A stretch of 64,000 nucleotides of DNA from Tolypothrix carrinoi HA7290-LM1 (GTDB lineage: Bacteria > Cyanobacteriota > Cyanobacteriia > Cyanobacteriales > Nostocaceae). The notes below the pieces were generated by a model. That model saw only the letters and a program-made list of their open reading frames with translations. It ran no database searches and was not told the DNA's origin. Of this stretch, positions 52,306 to 61,139 are shown piece after piece. The DNA is taken from NCBI GenBank assembly GCA_019358935.1, contig JAHHIK010000008.1, positions 1 to 64,000 on the forward strand, in the 5' to 3' direction. Both the position numbers and the translations under genes were made by a program. How positions within the stretch are numbered: position 1 is the stretch's first letter; every line of letters begins with the position of its first letter.

Positions 52306-53283
52306 TTATTCTTGAGATGCAATACTTGACAAAAGTTGTTCAAAATCTGCAACTGAAGGAATAGCGATCGCTCTTTTGAGAAGCATTTTTAACACGGCAG
52401 ATTCCTCAATTTGATTAACAACTTCCACAATCGAACTTGGCACGAGTCCAAACCGTGTCTCTAAAACTTCAATCAAATTTTCTCGACTTGTTTGCAGAAT
52501 ACCTTGTTCAATTCCCTCTTCAATTCCTTCTGCTTTTGCTAGCCTTTCAATACTTGTTACGTACCGCATTCTATTTACCTCTTCGTAACTTCTCAATTCT
52601 GTTTTAAAATTATTTGCCAGTTCTTCTGGAAGTACCATCACCCAGTCAATAAACCGAAATAATCCCAAAATGTATTCTCGGTCATATCCCCTTTCAAACA
52701 AGCTTCTGACTAAGCTTAATTTCCACTGTAGCCTGAAGAGCGGATTTCGGTTTGTCGCCTTAGTTCTCAGATGTGCCATGACGACTATACTAAAGGGATT
52801 AGTACTTTGTTCCAGGCTTTCCCAGTCAGCTTCATAGTCTAAAAGTTTCGCGATAGGGAACTCTAAGCTGACACGACATCCCCCAAGTTGATAGTTATAA
52901 CTTGAAGGTCGCCAACTCGCTGATTCATCCGCTAAAACCGCCAAGCTAATAACTTGCTTTTTATGACGGTCAAACAAGCGATAATTATATGTATACATCC
53001 TTTCGGCAAACTTGCTGTCATATTGCCCTTGGACTTCCACATGAATTAATACCCAAGCTTCTTCACCATCAAGTAGCCAAACTTTCGCAACTTTATCAAC
53101 TAAACGCTTGCCAATTTCTGCATCAGGTTCTAACTGTTGCAGTTCAGTATCGAGAAATTCATAGTCTCTTTCCCAATCAATAACAATGTAGGCATCAAGA
53201 AAGAAGTATTCTAAAAAGCGAGGAAAAAAGCTTTCAATAACTTCTTTCCAGGGACTATCATAATCACTAAATTGCTCAGTCAT
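52306..53283 (-). CDS. Rpn/YhgA-like PD-(D/E)XK nuclease-domain protein
   Basis: YDSPWKE, FLDTEL, IHVEVQ, ERMYTY, EGIEEGIEQG. Confidence 0.8.
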   Translation of the reverse strand: MTEQFSDYDSPWKEVIESFFPRFLEYFFLDAYIVIDWERDYEFLDTELQQLEPDAEIGKRLVDKVAKVWLLDGEEAWVLIHVEVQGQYDSKFAERMYTYNYRLFDRHKKQVISLAVLADESASWRPSSYNYQLGGCRVSLEFPIAKLLDYEADWESLEQSTNPFSIVVMAHLRTKATNRNPLFRLQWKLSLVRSLFERGYDREYILGLFRFIDWVMVLPEELANNFKTELRSYEEVNRMRYVTSIERLAKAEGIEEGIEQGILQTSRENLIEVLETRFGLVPSSIVEVVNQIEESAVLKMLLKRAIAIPSVADFEQLLSSIASQE

Positions 53284-53286
53284 GAA

Positions 53287-55014
53287 TTAAAACAAAAAGT
53301 ATCTTTGTGCCATTGGTAAAATCGTCGCCGGTTCGCAAGTCAGCAACTCTCCATCAGCGCGTACTTCATAAGTTTCCGCATCAACTTCAATGTGAGGTAA
53401 CGCATCATTCAACTTCATATCCCGCTTACTCAATTGACGTGTCCCGGAAACTGCAACAATTTGCTTTTGCAAACTCAACTGACTGGGAATTTCTCTTTCT
53501 AACGCTGCTTGCGAAACAAAAGTTAACGATGTGGCGTTCTTAGCACCTGCAAAACTACCAAACATCGGACGCATATGCACAGGTTGCGGTGTGGGAATAC
53601 TCGCATTAGCATCACCCATTTGCGACCAAGCAATCATTCCCCCTTTAACTACTATCTCTGGCTTCACGCCAAAAAAAGCAGGACGCCACAAACACAAATC
53701 TGCTATTTTACCCTCTTCCACTGAACCGACATACTCAGCAATTCCATGAGTAATTGCCGGATTTATCGTATACTTAGCAACATATCGCTTCGCCCGGAAA
53801 TTATCTGCTCTTTGCCCCTCTCCTTGTAGGAGAGGGGTTGGGGAGAGGTCTCCCCGCTGCACTTTCATTTTATGCCCCGTCTGCCAAGTTCTAATTATCA
53901 CTTCGCCTACCCGTCCCATCGCCTGAGAATCCGAAGAAATCATACTAAACGCGCCCAAGTCGTGTAAAATATCTTCGGCGGCGATCGTTTCCCGACGAAT
54001 GCGCGACTCAGCAAAAGCGACATCCTCGGCGATCGCTGGATCGAGATGATGACATACCATCAACATATCCAGATGCTCATCCAAAGTATTCACCGTGTAA
54101 GGGCGTGTCGGATTGGTAGAAGATGGTAACACGCACGGCGTACCGCAAACTTTGATAATATCTGGTGCGTGTCCTCCGCCTGCGCCTTCAGTATGGTATG
54201 TGTGGATAACGCGATTTTTGAAAGCAGCGATCGTATCTTCTACAAAGCCGGCTTCATTCAAGGTGTCAGTATGAATTGCCACTTGTACATCATACTCATC
54301 CGCAACGCTTAAACAAGTATCAATTGTTGCTGGCGTAGTTCCCCAATCTTCGTGTAACTTTAAGCCGATCGCACCCGCGTTAACTTGTTCTACAAGTCCT
54401 TGAGGTTGGCTAGTGTTGCCTTTGCCCAAAAATCCCAAATTGACGGGGAAAGCATCAGCAGCTTGCAGCATTCGGTAAATATTCCAGGGTCCAGGCGTGC
54501 AAGTTGTGGCATTTGTACCTGTAGCAGGACCCGTACCACCGCCAATCATCGTAGTAATACCAGAAGCGATCGCCACTTCAATTTGTTGCGGACAAATAAA
54601 ATGAATGTGGGTATCAATACCCCCAGCGGTGAGAATCATTCCTTCCCCCGCTAAAGCTTCAGTTCCAGGACCGATAATAATATCTACATTGTCTTGAATA
54701 TAAGGATTTCCAGCTTTCCCGATTTTGAAAATTTTGCCATCTTTAATGCCAATATCTGCTTTGACAATCCCCCACCAATCGAGAATTAAAGCATTTGTAA
54801 TCACTAAATCAACCGCACCATCAGCATTAGAAATCGGAGATTGTCCCATCCCATCTCTAATAACTTTACCACCACCGAATTTGACTTCATCGCCGTAAGT
54901 TGTGAAATCTTGTTCAACTTCAATAAATAATTCTGTATCAGCAAGTCGGACTTTATCTCCGACAGTGGGACCGAAAGTTTCTGCGTAAGCGCGACGAGAC
55001 ATTCTGTAAGGCAT
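53287..55014 (-). CDS. ureC: Urease alpha subunit
   Basis: [41 protein letters not shown]. Confidence 0.98.
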   Translation of the reverse strand: MPYRMSRRAYAETFGPTVGDKVRLADTELFIEVEQDFTTYGDEVKFGGGKVIRDGMGQSPISNADGAVDLVITNALILDWWGIVKADIGIKDGKIFKIGKAGNPYIQDNVDIIIGPGTEALAGEGMILTAGGIDTHIHFICPQQIEVAIASGITTMIGGGTGPATGTNATTCTPGPWNIYRMLQAADAFPVNLGFLGKGNTSQPQGLVEQVNAGAIGLKLHEDWGTTPATIDTCLSVADEYDVQVAIHTDTLNEAGFVEDTIAAFKNRVIHTYHTEGAGGGHAPDIIKVCGTPCVLPSSTNPTRPYTVNTLDEHLDMLMVCHHLDPAIAEDVAFAESRIRRETIAAEDILHDLGAFSMISSDSQAMGRVGEVIIRTWQTGHKMKVQRGDLSPTPLLQGEGQRADNFRAKRYVAKYTINPAITHGIAEYVGSVEEGKIADLCLWRPAFFGVKPEIVVKGGMIAWSQMGDANASIPTPQPVHMRPMFGSFAGAKNATSLTFVSQAALEREIPSQLSLQKQIVAVSGTRQLSKRDMKLNDALPHIEVDAETYEVRADGELLTCEPATILPMAQRYFLF

Positions 55015-55047
55015 AATGCACTTTTAGTAATGGAGGTTAAAATCGAG

Positions 55048-55517
55048 TTTAAACGCAAAGTGACGCAAAGGTAAGCGCAAAGGGTTCGCTGAGGATGGAT
55101 GAGAATGATTTGAGTGGGGTGATAATTGGCTGTGGGATGCGAGTGCATACAGCGTTGGGACCGGGTTTGTTAGAGTCAGCTTATGAGGAGTGTTTGTATT
55201 ACGAGTTGACAAAGAAGGGATTAAATGTTGGTAAGCAAGTTCCATTACCCCTTGTTTACGAAGAGGTGCAATTAGATTGTGTTTATCGATTAGATTTAAT
55301 AGTCGAAAATAAAGTAATTATTGAAGTCAAATCTGTAGAATCTATTAAACCAATTCACTCAGTACAACTTTTAACTTATCTCAAACTCACCGATTGCAAA
55401 CTCGGTCTTATTCTCAACTTTAACGTCCTCCACCTCAAAGAAGGCATTAAACGTGTGGCAAATAAACTCTAACTCCGCGCACCTTTGCGCTTCCCTCAGC
55501 GTCCCTCTGCGTTAAAA
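55048..55517. mobile_element. Candidate element: GxxExxY gene bounded by ~45-bp imperfect inverted repeats (55048-55093, 55473-55517)
   Basis: About 37/46 identity by manual alignment; IRs abut start and stop codons; interrupts ureB-ureC in antisense. Confidence 0.6.
55095..55472 (+). CDS. GxxExxY protein (PD-(D/E)XK nuclease-like)
   Basis: LGPGLLESAYEECL, YRLDLIVE, IIEVK, QLLTYL, GLILNFN. Confidence 0.92.
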   Translation: MDENDLSGVIIGCGMRVHTALGPGLLESAYEECLYYELTKKGLNVGKQVPLPLVYEEVQLDCVYRLDLIVENKVIIEVKSVESIKPIHSVQLLTYLKLTDCKLGLILNFNVLHLKEGIKRVANKL

Positions 55518-55616
55518 AATAAATATACCGTAAATTTAGTGATGTCTGAACAAGAGAGTAAGAGTTATCTTGTACTCAGAATACTGTAATAAAAAGTTAA
55601 AAAAGAGCAGTAAAAC

Positions 55617-55814
55617 TTGGCTAATAAGTACAAAGTCACTATGCGTATAACAGGTTCAGATTACAAAGAAATACGCGGCTTTTTTGGGGGAGTTACAATA
55701 ACAGGCACAACGGCAGAAATCACCGTGGAAGCCGACGATCCAGAAACAGCTAAATCTACTGTAAGTAAACTACTCGGTCATCGTTTCCCTCTTTTAGGGG
55801 CTACAAAACTGTAA
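55617..55814 (+). CDS. Hypothetical small protein (TTG start)
   Basis: 65-aa ORF with protein-like composition in the ureB-ureC gap. Confidence 0.5.
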   Translation: MANKYKVTMRITGSDYKEIRGFFGGVTITGTTAEITVEADDPETAKSTVSKLLGHRFPLLGATKL

Positions 55815-55992
55815 TTCAGTTTGTATATCGACTTAACGAAAACAAACCTGATATAAAAATTTACGCAAAAATGTAAAGGCGCTGAGAATCACTCTGCCTC
55901 TTTAAACTTTTGCGTGAAATTTCATATTTAAAATCAGCCAGTTTCCTAGTGACTGTATTGGAGTTTGAAATTAAACCTATTCAATAACCTTT

Positions 55993-56038
55993 TTTAAACG
56001 CACTCGTGACGCTGAGGGAAGCGCAGAGGTACGCAAAG
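55993..56038 (+). repeat. Solo copy of the ~45-bp GxxExxY-flanking repeat
   Basis: TTTAAACGCACTCGTGACGCTGAGGGAAGCGCAGAGGTACGCAAAG. Confidence 0.8.
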
Positions 56039-56043
56039 GGTTT

Positions 56044-56349
56044 TTAGAGGTTGCCATTAATTCTGGCGTTGAAACCGTAAACTTGTCGGCTACCAGCAAG
56101 AGGAATTAAAGTAACTTCTTTCTCATCTCCTGGTTCAAACCTCACAGCAGTTCCCGCAGGGATATCAAGACGCATTCCCCTTGCTTTTTCCCTATCAAAA
56201 TTTAAAGCCGCGTTAACTTCAAAAAAGTGAAAATGCGAACCAACTTGAATTGGTCTATCTCCTGTATTTGCCACCAGCAATCTTACAGTAGAACACCCCG
56301 CATTTAATTCAATTTCCCCATCAGACGTAATAATTTCTCCAGGTATCAT
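56044..56349 (-). CDS. ureB: Urease beta subunit
   Basis: [30 protein letters not shown]. Confidence 0.97.
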   Translation of the reverse strand: MIPGEIITSDGEIELNAGCSTVRLLVANTGDRPIQVGSHFHFFEVNAALNFDREKARGMRLDIPAGTAVRFEPGDEKEVTLIPLAGSRQVYGFNARINGNL

Positions 56350-56362
56350 AAGTAATTAAAAA

Positions 56363-56510
56363 TGGATAGTTGATAGTTGATAGTTGATAGTTGATAGTGG
56401 TTAGTGGTTAGTCGATAGTCGATAGTCGATAGTAGTTCATAAAGCAACCAACAACTAGCAATTAACAACTAGCGACTAACAACTAACAACCAACAACCAA
56501 CTACTAACAA
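56363..56510. repeat. STRR inverted heptamer blocks between ureA and ureB
   Basis: GATAGTT units then AACAACT units. Confidence 0.88.
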
Positions 56511-56511
56511 A

Positions 56512-56814
56512 TTATCTAATCGGATTATGCACAGTTACCAACTTAGTTCCATCAGGAAAAGTTGCTTCTACTTGCACCTCATGCACCATTTCCGGCACAC
56601 CTTCCATCACCTCATCTCTTGTTAACAGAGTTGTACCATAACTCATTAAATCTGCAACAGTTTGTCCATCTCTCGCACCCTCCAAAATAGCAGCAGAAAT
56701 ATAGGCGATCGCCTCCGGATAATTCAACTTCAAACCTCTATTTTTACGCCTTTCTGCTAACAACGCAGCCGTAAAAATCAACAGCTTATCCTTCTCCTGC
56801 GGCGTAAGTTGCAT
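56512..56814 (-). CDS. ureA: Urease gamma subunit
   Basis: [31 protein letters not shown]. Confidence 0.97.
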   Translation of the reverse strand: MQLTPQEKDKLLIFTAALLAERRKNRGLKLNYPEAIAYISAAILEGARDGQTVADLMSYGTTLLTRDEVMEGVPEMVHEVQVEATFPDGTKLVTVHNPIR

Positions 56815-56862
56815 CTTTCTCTCTTCCCTTTTCTCTGTGTCCTCTGCGCCTCTGCGGTTCGT

Positions 56863-57732
56863 TTAAATCTGCCAAACCCTCGGTACACAATTACCACGAC
56901 TTAAAAAAGACATCCGCAGCAACTGCCAAACATCAATAAACCAGTTTCTCACCTCAGATGTCAAACAACCACGATATCGACACAAAAATCCATTTTCCAA
57001 ACGAGTAACCCCAGCTAAAGAGTGAGGAGTTAGGAGTGAGGAGTTAGGAGTGAACAAAGAACGTGCTTTTTCCACAATTTCCTTTGAAACTGGTTGTCCC
57101 ACCCAAACTAGACTACCTGTAATTGGTTGCCCAGCCAAGCCGTGAGGACTATGAAAAACTTCTTCGCTACCCGGTAGCCATTGTCTATCAATCCACAACG
57201 GTTTGCCTTGCTGCCAAATTTCCGTATGACTGCGCCATTCTCCTTCTACAAACTTCTCACCTCTAGCACTGCGACCAAATCGAGTAATTTCCCAGCCTAA
57301 ATAACTAGCTTTCGTAGCTAATTCTACCCGTAAATCTTGCCGATAAATTGCCCCGTTAAAAACAATAGTTTCTTGGGGAAACCATTCCAAACAAGCGCCA
57401 GCATCAACTTGTATATTAATGCTTTGTTTTGCTTGAGTACCGTTACTGCGATAAATTTTACTAGCAGCGGCTGTAGTAATTAATGCTTGGGTGTTCGGTT
57501 GAAGGTGGAAATTAAGAGAAAGGCGATCGCCTCCCACAACGCCCCCAGCCGTATGTAAAATGACGCTATGACAAACTTGCTGTCCTTCTGGGTAAAACGG
57601 GCGCTGTACCTTCAGTGGGGCTTGATGCGAGTTGGAAATTAGGGCAGTTGTCCCCAGGCGATCGGCATACACTAAATTAAGTTTGCCATGCCAGCCATTT
57701 TCTGATGCTGTTTGATAGTTACATTGATTCAC
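56863..57732 (-). CDS. ureD: Urease accessory protein UreD
   Basis: PLKVQRPFYPE, GGVVGGD, ASKIYRS, PQETI. Confidence 0.94.
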   Translation of the reverse strand: MNQCNYQTASENGWHGKLNLVYADRLGTTALISNSHQAPLKVQRPFYPEGQQVCHSVILHTAGGVVGGDRLSLNFHLQPNTQALITTAAASKIYRSNGTQAKQSINIQVDAGACLEWFPQETIVFNGAIYRQDLRVELATKASYLGWEITRFGRSARGEKFVEGEWRSHTEIWQQGKPLWIDRQWLPGSEEVFHSPHGLAGQPITGSLVWVGQPVSKEIVEKARSLFTPNSSLLTPHSLAGVTRLENGFLCRYRGCLTSEVRNWFIDVWQLLRMSFLSRGNCVPRVWQI

Positions 57733-57751
57733 AAATTTTCATAAATTAATA

Positions 57752-59080
57752 TTAATATTTTTTCGCCAATATTACATAATCATCTAAAGAATAGTGCTGT
57801 TCATACTTATGACCAAGATACTTTTGAATCATCGAACTCATATACAGTTGCTTGGGTAACTTAGCTAGTGCAAATTTTCCAAACTCAACAGCCGAATAAG
57901 GTGTTCTTGAGCCTGTCGATGTAAGATACTTATACCACACAAGTTCTAACCCAAGTTCTGCCAAGAATTTATTTACCACCTTTTTTTCCTGTTCTTGGTC
58001 TTCTACTTGATAAGCATCATAAGCTTTAAATAGCTTCTTGTCTTGGACAACTAGCAGCACATAACCTTGTGGCTTTAATCTAGTAGCAAATATTTGTTTG
58101 TAGATATTATTTGCTTGAAGGCTTTTAACTGGAGTGTTAAAAAAACAATGGGAAACAGTTATAAAGTCAAAAAAATCTTTTGGGATATTACTAGATTGAG
58201 AATTCCAAGTAAAGATGTCGTCAGTTACAAAGCGAAAGTAAGCATTTACAGGCGTTTTTCGCGATTCTATATATCGTCGCCAAAATTGTAACCCTCGAAA
58301 TTGAAAAGCATCTTGTTTTTCTAAAGAATAGTAAGATATATGCATTTGCTGAATATCGAAAAAGCCGCTAGTACTTTGTAAAAATAAAGCTAAACCATAA
58401 GCAACTGTTCCCGGACCTGCGGCAATATCAAGTATGTTAATCTTATTTGGTAGTAAACCAGCTTTGTAAATCAAAAACCAAGCTAAGTAAATGCAGTAGA
58501 CATTTTCTAAAAAATACTTCATAAAGTAGACATGGGGAGTCAGACTAAAACGGTAATCTGGATCTTGTCCACTTTTTAAGCTATTAATATCTTCCAGAGC
58601 ATCTTCTATTTTAATTTTTAACTTGTTATCAGGTATTCTACTAAATTCTTCTTTGATATATTCAACTAATCTCGCTTCAAAGTCATCAAATATACGCTCA
58701 TCCAGACTAGTAGATTGTAGCTTGTTGACATCATGTTCTATTAGCTTAAATGCTTTGGAGACAAAATTGATAAATTCTGCTTCTGGCTTGAATAGAAAAC
58801 TATCTTGCTTTTCAAAAGCTACTTCAGTATTTAAATTTTCTAGTTTTTGTAGTGCTTCAGTTAATTTAAAACTTAAATTGGCTACCTCTCTTTTGTCTTG
58901 CTGCGAATAACTTTCTAACTGAAGCTTATCTCTAAATAGCTTCTCTAACCAGGAAAATTTTGCTCCTGATTTTTTAATTTCTTGCAACAATTTTCTTGCA
59001 ACTTGCGTATTGCCACGCTTCAGCGCAGATTTAAATTGCTGACTTCGCCACCAATTTGCTATAGCATTACTCATAACCAA
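57752..59080 (-). CDS. Uncharacterised protein with C-terminal class I SAM methyltransferase-like domain
   Basis: ILDIAAGPG, FDFITVSH, LKPQGYVLLV; helical N-terminus. Confidence 0.68.
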   Translation of the reverse strand: MVMSNAIANWWRSQQFKSALKRGNTQVARKLLQEIKKSGAKFSWLEKLFRDKLQLESYSQQDKREVANLSFKLTEALQKLENLNTEVAFEKQDSFLFKPEAEFINFVSKAFKLIEHDVNKLQSTSLDERIFDDFEARLVEYIKEEFSRIPDNKLKIKIEDALEDINSLKSGQDPDYRFSLTPHVYFMKYFLENVYCIYLAWFLIYKAGLLPNKINILDIAAGPGTVAYGLALFLQSTSGFFDIQQMHISYYSLEKQDAFQFRGLQFWRRYIESRKTPVNAYFRFVTDDIFTWNSQSSNIPKDFFDFITVSHCFFNTPVKSLQANNIYKQIFATRLKPQGYVLLVVQDKKLFKAYDAYQVEDQEQEKKVVNKFLAELGLELVWYKYLTSTGSRTPYSAVEFGKFALAKLPKQLYMSSMIQKYLGHKYEQHYSLDDYVILAKKY

Positions 59081-59987
59081 AGCCGTCTTTTCCTTCTTTG
59101 ATTTCCACGTCAGGAAGACGAGAAATCAAATTTTCCTTAAACTTTATATAATTTACTTGTTCTAAGTCATACCACCAAGCGTATTTTTGCTTAATACCTT
59201 GTGCTTCTTCGCGGGTTCCTGCCACAAGCGAACGATTATGGCTTGCGTGAAATTCCTGAATGACAATTCTATCTGCGATCGCTAATTTCTCAATAAAAGC
59301 GGCTTCATCTTCTGGTAAGGTGGGAAGTAGAGGCGTAATGGTGATAGAAACTTTCGGAATAAAACCTTTTAAAGGGTCAATAGTTTGTTTAATTTTGGTA
59401 ATAGCATTTAATCTGGCTTTGATACTAGGCGATCGCGCTTCAAAATCTCTTCTCACAGACTCGCTACCAGTGGGGATACTCATATTAATTCGCAACCGCT
59501 GAAATCGTTGTAAAATATCGATATCTCTGGTAATAATTGGACTGCGAGTTTGAATCACCAACGTTGGACGATATTCAAGCATTACCTCTAACAAAGAGCG
59601 CGTTAGCTGATGTTTAGACTCAATTGGTTGATAAGGATCTGTAACGCTACTCATATAAATTTTCGGAAATTTGTGAGGGTTTTTCTTATACCAGTTTTCT
59701 AACTCCTTCTCTAAAACTTGTGCAGCATTTTCCTTGATAATTACCCATTTTCCCCAATCTTGCCGCATTTGAGAATTAGGACTAAAAGCCGCAGCATAAC
59801 AATAACTACATCCGTATTGACAACCCCGATAAGGATTTAAAGTAAAATCATAAGCAGCGATAAAACCAGTTGCCGGATTTAGTATAGATTTAGCATTTTG
59901 AGCATAAACTTTGGCATCACCGAAAGTTTCTTTAACTAACTTTGTCGGAGTGCCTTCAGAATATCCTTCATAACGTGCTTTTGCCAT
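59067..59987 (-). CDS. Radical SAM protein, spore photoproduct lyase-like family (start reassigned to ATG 59987)
   Basis: NPYRGCQYGCSYCYA (CxxxCxxC), SSVTDPYQP, IQTRS. Confidence 0.88.
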   Translation of the reverse strand: MAKARYEGYSEGTPTKLVKETFGDAKVYAQNAKSILNPATGFIAAYDFTLNPYRGCQYGCSYCYAAAFSPNSQMRQDWGKWVIIKENAAQVLEKELENWYKKNPHKFPKIYMSSVTDPYQPIESKHQLTRSLLEVMLEYRPTLVIQTRSPIITRDIDILQRFQRLRINMSIPTGSESVRRDFEARSPSIKARLNAITKIKQTIDPLKGFIPKVSITITPLLPTLPEDEAAFIEKLAIADRIVIQEFHASHNRSLVAGTREEAQGIKQKYAWWYDLEQVNYIKFKENLISRLPDVEIKEGKDGFGYE

Positions 59988-60120
59988 TTTTAAGCTTGAT
60001 ATAAGGTTGAATAAATCATGAATATTTCGCGCAAAGACGCTAAGAAAGAACTTTGCGTCTTTGCTTAAAATATGGTGCGGAGCGCGAAGCGCGTAACGCA
60101 CCCTACTTTATCTTCTATTT

Positions 60121-60906
60121 TTAACTTTCAATTACTGACAAAATATGCACACTAGTGTTATCAACCATGTAAACAAAACCATGCTCATTAACAAAGCGTT
60201 GATATAACTCTTGCAAACTAACAACGAGTTGCTGCTGCATTAGTCCTTTCCGAGGAACGTAAGAATAACTCATAGTACGACCAATTAGCCCAGTTAAATC
60301 TAATTCTTGTCGATGAACAAAAGTATGTTCGGTTATGTTAATAAAATGGAGACTTGCTAATATTGGTTTTATAGATTTAATCCGCTCCTGTACTAGACCA
60401 CTATTCGATGCTGCACGTATTAATTGGTTATATTCACCGGTAAAAGCATCTTCTTGATCGAGGTGATTCCACACTACTGCCAACCGTCCCGATGGTTTCA
60501 AGATGCGGTGGAACTCTGATAAAGTTGGCTCTGGGTTGAACCAATGAAAAGCTTGAAAACTAGTTACTAAATCAACCGATGCATCAGGTAGGTTAGTAAC
60601 TTCTGCTGTTCCATCTCGAAATTCAACTAATGGATGTGGTTCAGCTGCTTCTCTCATTGCTGCATTTGGTTCAACAGCAATGACGCTAACTCCGCGTTTA
60701 CCTAACAACCGCGAGGAAATACCAGTACCCGCACCAATATCTGCGGCTAAAAGTTGCGTCGGTGGTGCTAACCCTTCCAAGATAATATCAATTGCTGCGG
60801 CTGGGTAGCTTGGTCGATAGTTTACATAATCCGCTGCTCTGTCAGAAAATCGGGTTAGTGGATTGAGGGTGTATAGCGGTGTTGTTTCCGGGTTAGTTTG
60901 GCTCAT
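60121..60906 (-). CDS. Class I SAM-dependent methyltransferase
   Basis: YRPSYP, ADIGAGTG, VEPN, QAFHWF, LKPSG. Confidence 0.9.
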   Translation of the reverse strand: MSQTNPETTPLYTLNPLTRFSDRAADYVNYRPSYPAAAIDIILEGLAPPTQLLAADIGAGTGISSRLLGKRGVSVIAVEPNAAMREAAEPHPLVEFRDGTAEVTNLPDASVDLVTSFQAFHWFNPEPTLSEFHRILKPSGRLAVVWNHLDQEDAFTGEYNQLIRAASNSGLVQERIKSIKPILASLHFINITEHTFVHRQELDLTGLIGRTMSYSYVPRKGLMQQQLVVSLQELYQRFVNEHGFVYMVDNTSVHILSVIES

Positions 60907-61139
60907 TGGTGTGGAATCGAAAATAATCTTAGTAATCTTATTAAGGTAAGTTAATTACCCATACTAATAAATATTTTCCAGAGTTTTACGGGAATTATAA
61001 AGTTACTTCTCCCGAAAAATACCTGCCACAGATAAATCCAATGCAAAAATGCATAAAAAAACAGGAGAAGTTGAAATAAAACTGGTTCTGTGGCATTTAC
61101 ACAACTGAATTGGTTGTGAAGTAACTTTATACATTCCTT

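Noticed and set aside
55572..55584. NtcA box in the urease region
   Set aside because: GTA-N7-TAC spacing, not the required N8.
194..60105. GTAG-type REP-like palindromes (194-224, ~20950-20981, ~22017-22048, ~41472-41529, ~60074-60105) and ATCCCGAC..GTCGGGAT palindromes (~21012-21043, ~40460-40492, ~51306-51339) as a novel system
   Set aside because: Real repeats, but common cyanobacterial REP-like families, with no RAYT gene in the window.
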